Below are positions 60,801-64,000 of a DNA stretch of 64,000 nt, piece after piece. The DNA is taken from NCBI GenBank assembly GCA_043825735.1, contig JBDRRP010000092.1:1-64000 (forward strand), given 5' to 3'. Positions within the stretch are counted from its first letter, which is position 1; each line of letters opens with the position of its first letter. A program made the translations under genes and the position numbers. The notes beneath the pieces were generated by a model that saw only the letters and a program-made list of their open reading frames with translations, had not been told where the DNA came from and did not search any database. The DNA comes from Pseudomonadota bacterium (GTDB taxonomy: Bacteria; Desulfobacterota; Desulfobacteria; Desulfobacterales; JBDRRP01).

Positions 60801-61532
60801 ATGGCCGAGGAGAGGCCCATTCTCGAGTTGCGGGACGTCCACACCAGCTACGGCAACATCAAGGCGCTCAAAGGGCTGTCTTTGAGAGTGTATCCGGGGG
60901 AGATCGTGACCATGATCGGTGCCAACGGTGCCGGCAAATCCACCACTTTAATGACGATTTGTGGCATCGTACCGCTCACTTCCGGCGAGATTTACTACGA
61001 CGGCCAGCCCATTCACGGAAAGGCTGCGGATCTGTTGCCGCAGATGGGGCTTTGCCAGGTGCCTGAGGGCCGCCGGATCTTCCCGCGGTTGACGGTGGAA
61101 GACAACCTGGAGATGGGGGCGTTTTTCCGCCGCAACAAGGAAGAAATGACCGGGGATATGGCGCGGGTGTTCGACCTCTTTCCGGTATTGAAGGAGCGGC
61201 GGCGACAGCAGGGGGGAACGCTTTCCGGTGGTGAGCAGCAGATGCTGGCCATTGGCCGCGCGCTCATGAGTCGGCCCAAACTGCTGCTTCTGGATGAACC
61301 GTCTTTGGGACTGGCGCCGCTCATCGTTCAGAAGATTTTTGAAATCGTCCGGGAGATCAACGCACGAGACGGTGTCACCATCCTGCTCGTGGAGCAAAAT
61401 GCCAACCTGGCGCTACAAGTCGCCCGGCGCGGTTATGTGCTTGAAACCGGCAGCATTATACTTGAAGACGACGCCAAGAGCCTTCTCCACAATCCTGAAA
61501 TTCGAAAAGCCTATCTTGGCGAAACCGAATAG
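60801..61532 (+). CDS. livF: HAAT-family ABC transporter ATP-binding protein
   Basis: GANGAGKST, VPEGRRIF, LSGGEQQM, LDEPSLGLAP. Confidence 0.92.
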   Translation: MAEERPILELRDVHTSYGNIKALKGLSLRVYPGEIVTMIGANGAGKSTTLMTICGIVPLTSGEIYYDGQPIHGKAADLLPQMGLCQVPEGRRIFPRLTVEDNLEMGAFFRRNKEEMTGDMARVFDLFPVLKERRRQQGGTLSGGEQQMLAIGRALMSRPKLLLLDEPSLGLAPLIVQKIFEIVREINARDGVTILLVEQNANLALQVARRGYVLETGSIILEDDAKSLLHNPEIRKAYLGETE

Positions 61533-61546
61533 GGTCAACGTCCAGT

Positions 61547-61680
61547 TTTGATGGTCCCGTAAAAAAGCAATTTTCTCGCAAAGAGGCCAAGTGCGCCAAG
61601 AAAAACATTTTTAATATCAACTTTTTAGCTTTGCGATCTCTGCGGCTTTGCGAGAGATTCGGATTTTTTACTGGACTGGT
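61547..61680. repeat. Composite palindromic element (CGCAAAG type)
   Basis: TTTGATGG..CGTAAAAAAG...TCGCAAAG...CTTTGCGAGA...TTTTTTAC; sister of 25288 and 53050. Confidence 0.85.
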
Positions 61681-61735
61681 TTTTAAAAACGGCTATCAAC
61701 ACACAACCCGGCGATGGAGTGGTGTTTGCGGCACG

Positions 61736-61750
61736 AATGGTAAAACCATT
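61736..61750. promoter_or_regulatory. FadR/GntR-type operator upstream of putA
   Basis: AATGGT-AAA-ACCATT, 14/15 identical to 55604-55618. Confidence 0.7.
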
Positions 61751-62003
61751 ACAGTCCCACTATCATCCCGACAGCCAAATCAATCGCTTTTAGGCGGCGG
61801 CGTGAGGCGCACCGCCATTACATGAATTCTCTGCCGTTATCGGCAATGCCCTCACCTTAGTCCTTCGATTCATAAATACGCCAATGTATTTTATTGACTC
61901 AGGACTAGGTGCTGCCTGCGACGAGCTCAGCCGCGACGGTAAAGGTCCTCATACGTAAAACACGTCACTTTAATTGGGAATTGAAGCACTTAGGAGGCGC
62001 GCT

Positions 62004-64000
62004 ATGGACAGACAGCAGGAAGAGCGCATCATTCAAGACGCCATCGCCCAGGCCGAGGCATGGCAAAACCGGGCCAATGAACTGCTGACCCGGGAAGAAA
62101 AAGGCATCCAGGAGCAGATGAAGCGGCTGCTCACCCATCCCATGGACAAGGTCGTTCTCACCAAGATGATCGATCAGAGTTTTCGCTCCCACGATCCTGC
62201 GCGCATCGCCGATCAGGTCAATGCCATTTTGGGCGAATGCGGCGTTCCTGATTTCTTCAGCCGGGTGGAAAAATTGCTGGTTCAGATGTTCATGGGGGTC
62301 GGCCGCCATTTTCCGGATTTCGCCGTTCCCAAAATGATCGACAAAATGCGCCAGAATTCCAGCCGTGCCATCATCGCGGGTGAAAAAGAGGCCCTGCACG
62401 CGCATCTGGAAAAGCGTCGGGAACAAGGCGTGCGCATGAACATCAACCATCTGGGAGAGGCGGTGCTGGGAGAAGACGAAGCGGCCCACCGGTTGGAAAT
62501 GTATCTTGCGGACATGAAGGATCCGGATATCGAGTACATCTCGGTGAAGATCTCAACGATTTATTCCCAGATCAGCTCACTGGCCTTCGAGCATTCCATC
62601 GCGGTGCTCACAGAGCGTCTTTCCATCCTTTACCGGGAGGCGAAGGCCAATTTTTACACCCGTTATGACGGCACCCGGGTGCCCAAGTTCGTCAATCTGG
62701 ACATGGAGGAGTACCGGGACCTGGCGATCACCTCCCAGGCCTTCATTCAGACGCTCGATCAGCCGGAATTCGCCGACTACTCCGCCGGTATCGTGCTCCA
62801 GGCCTACCTGCCCGATTCCCACGGCATCCAGCGGCAGTTGACCGACTGGGCAAAAAAGCGGGTGGCCGCCGGCGGCGCCCCGGTCAAGCTCAGGATCGTC
62901 AAAGGGGCCAACATGGAGATGGAGCAGCTCGAGTCCGCCTTGTTCAACTGGCCCCTGGCTCCCTACGACAACAAACTGGACGTGGACGCCAACTACAAGC
63001 GCATGGTGGTCTACGGCATGAAGCCGGAAAACATCCGGGCCGTCAACCTGGGCATCGCCTCCCACAATCTTTTCGAGCTGGCTTACGCCTATAAAGTGGC
63101 GCAGGCCTACCAGGTCCCCGAATACTTCTATTTCGAAATGCTCGAGGGGATGGCCGATCACGTGCGACGGGCCCTTCGGGAGATGTCCGGAGACGTGCTG
63201 CTGTATGCCCCGGTGGCGACCAAGGATGAGTTCATCAACGCCATCGCCTACCTCATCCGTCGGCTAGACGAAAACACGTCACCGGAAAACTTCCTGCGAT
63301 ACGCGCCCAGCCTGACGGTGGGTTCCGGGGAATGGGAATTTCTAAAGGAAGGGTTCGTGGCTTCCTGCGCGCACCGGGACGCGGCCCCGATGACGCCCAA
63401 CCGGGTCCAGGACAGAAACACCGAAACGGCTGCTGAAAAAGCCGGCACTTTTTCTACCGGGGAATTCATCAACGAACCGGACACGGACTGGTCCCTGGCC
63501 GCCAATCGGCGCTGGGCCGAGAGCATCCGCGCGCGCTGGAAGAAATCGGCCGGTGATGCCCCCATGGACATCCCGGTAGTCATCGGCGGCGCCGCGCGTT
63601 TTGAAGACCGGGAGATCATCTCGTGTATCGACCCCAACCAGCATCCTGACATCGTGCCGGTGGCGCGCTGTGCCATGGCGAGCCGCGAAGATGCCCTGGA
63701 TGCGGTCACCGTGGCAACGGCCGATCCGGACGGCTGGCGCCGGCTGTCATCGGCCGCCCGCCACGAAATCCTTTCCCGGGTCGCCTGTGAACTGAGAAAA
63801 GCCCGAGGCGATCTCATCGGTGCCGCTGCCGCCAACACCGGAAAAGTTTTCTCCGAGACGGATGTGGAGGTCTCCGAAGCCATCGACTTTGCCGAATACT
63901 ACCCGCTGACCGTTCGCCAGTACGATGCCATCGGCTCGGTGACCGTTGCGGGAAAAGGGGTGGGGCTCGTCGTCTCGCCGTGGAATTTTCCGGTGGCCAT
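62004..64000 (+). CDS. putA: Bifunctional proline dehydrogenase / P5C dehydrogenase PutA (runs off window)
   Basis: AGGAGG RBS; NLDMEEY, LQAYLP, RIVKGAN, ASHN, FEMLEGM, YLIRRLDEN; ALDH part EAIDFAEYY, SPWNFP. Confidence 0.93.
   Translation, partial: MDRQQEERIIQDAIAQAEAWQNRANELLTREEKGIQEQMKRLLTHPMDKVVLTKMIDQSFRSHDPARIADQVNAILGECGVPDFFSRVEKLLVQMFMGVGRHFPDFAVPKMIDKMRQNSSRAIIAGEKEALHAHLEKRREQGVRMNINHLGEAVLGEDEAAHRLEMYLADMKDPDIEYISVKISTIYSQISSLAFEHSIAVLTERLSILYREAKANFYTRYDGTRVPKFVNLDMEEYRDLAITSQAFIQTLDQPEFADYSAGIVLQAYLPDSHGIQRQLTDWAKKRVAAGGAPVKLRIVKGANMEMEQLESALFNWPLAPYDNKLDVDANYKRMVVYGMKPENIRAVNLGIASHNLFELAYAYKVAQAYQVPEYFYFEMLEGMADHVRRALREMSGDVLLYAPVATKDEFINAIAYLIRRLDENTSPENFLRYAPSLTVGSGEWEFLKEGFVASCAHRDAAPMTPNRVQDRNTETAAEKAGTFSTGEFINEPDTDWSLAANRRWAESIRARWKKSAGDAPMDIPVVIGGAARFEDREIISCIDPNQHPDIVPVARCAMASREDALDAVTVATADPDGWRRLSSAARHEILSRVACELRKARGDLIGAAAANTGKVFSETDVEVSEAIDFAEYYPLTVRQYDAIGSVTVAGKGVGLVVSPWNFPVA

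Overview
GC-rich bacterial chromosome segment. Gene content and style suggest a Desulfobacterota/deltaproteobacterial anaerobe (inference). It is mostly housekeeping: end of a biotinyl-domain gene, sucCD, a hypA-hypB-menA-like-CPBP operon, a vapBC-type TA pair, nifU/nifS, glnS, tRNA-Gln/gltX, the rpmF-fabG-acpP-fabF-rpiB-glyA-nrdR-rib-nusB cluster, mscS-family, mltF, ispG, proS, relA/spoT, rpmB, bamD, trxA, purN, an orphan NorQ/NorD-like AAA+/VWA pair, crcB, and a GntR-liv ABC-putA cluster. The most striking unexplained signal is non-coding. At least 11 intergenic palindromes are built from 2-3 tandem CRCNRAG heptamers, an AT-rich spacer and the inverted heptamers. The arms co-vary, and some copies are wrapped in a second inverted-repeat shell or carry nested hairpins. 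Further small repeat families also occur, and no transposase is present in the window. Also notable are an AT-rich island encoding a lipoprotein with ankyrin repeats and a caspase-like domain, twin FadR-type operators linking the GntR gene to putA, and several unusual domain architectures. No CRISPR array or rRNA was seen.
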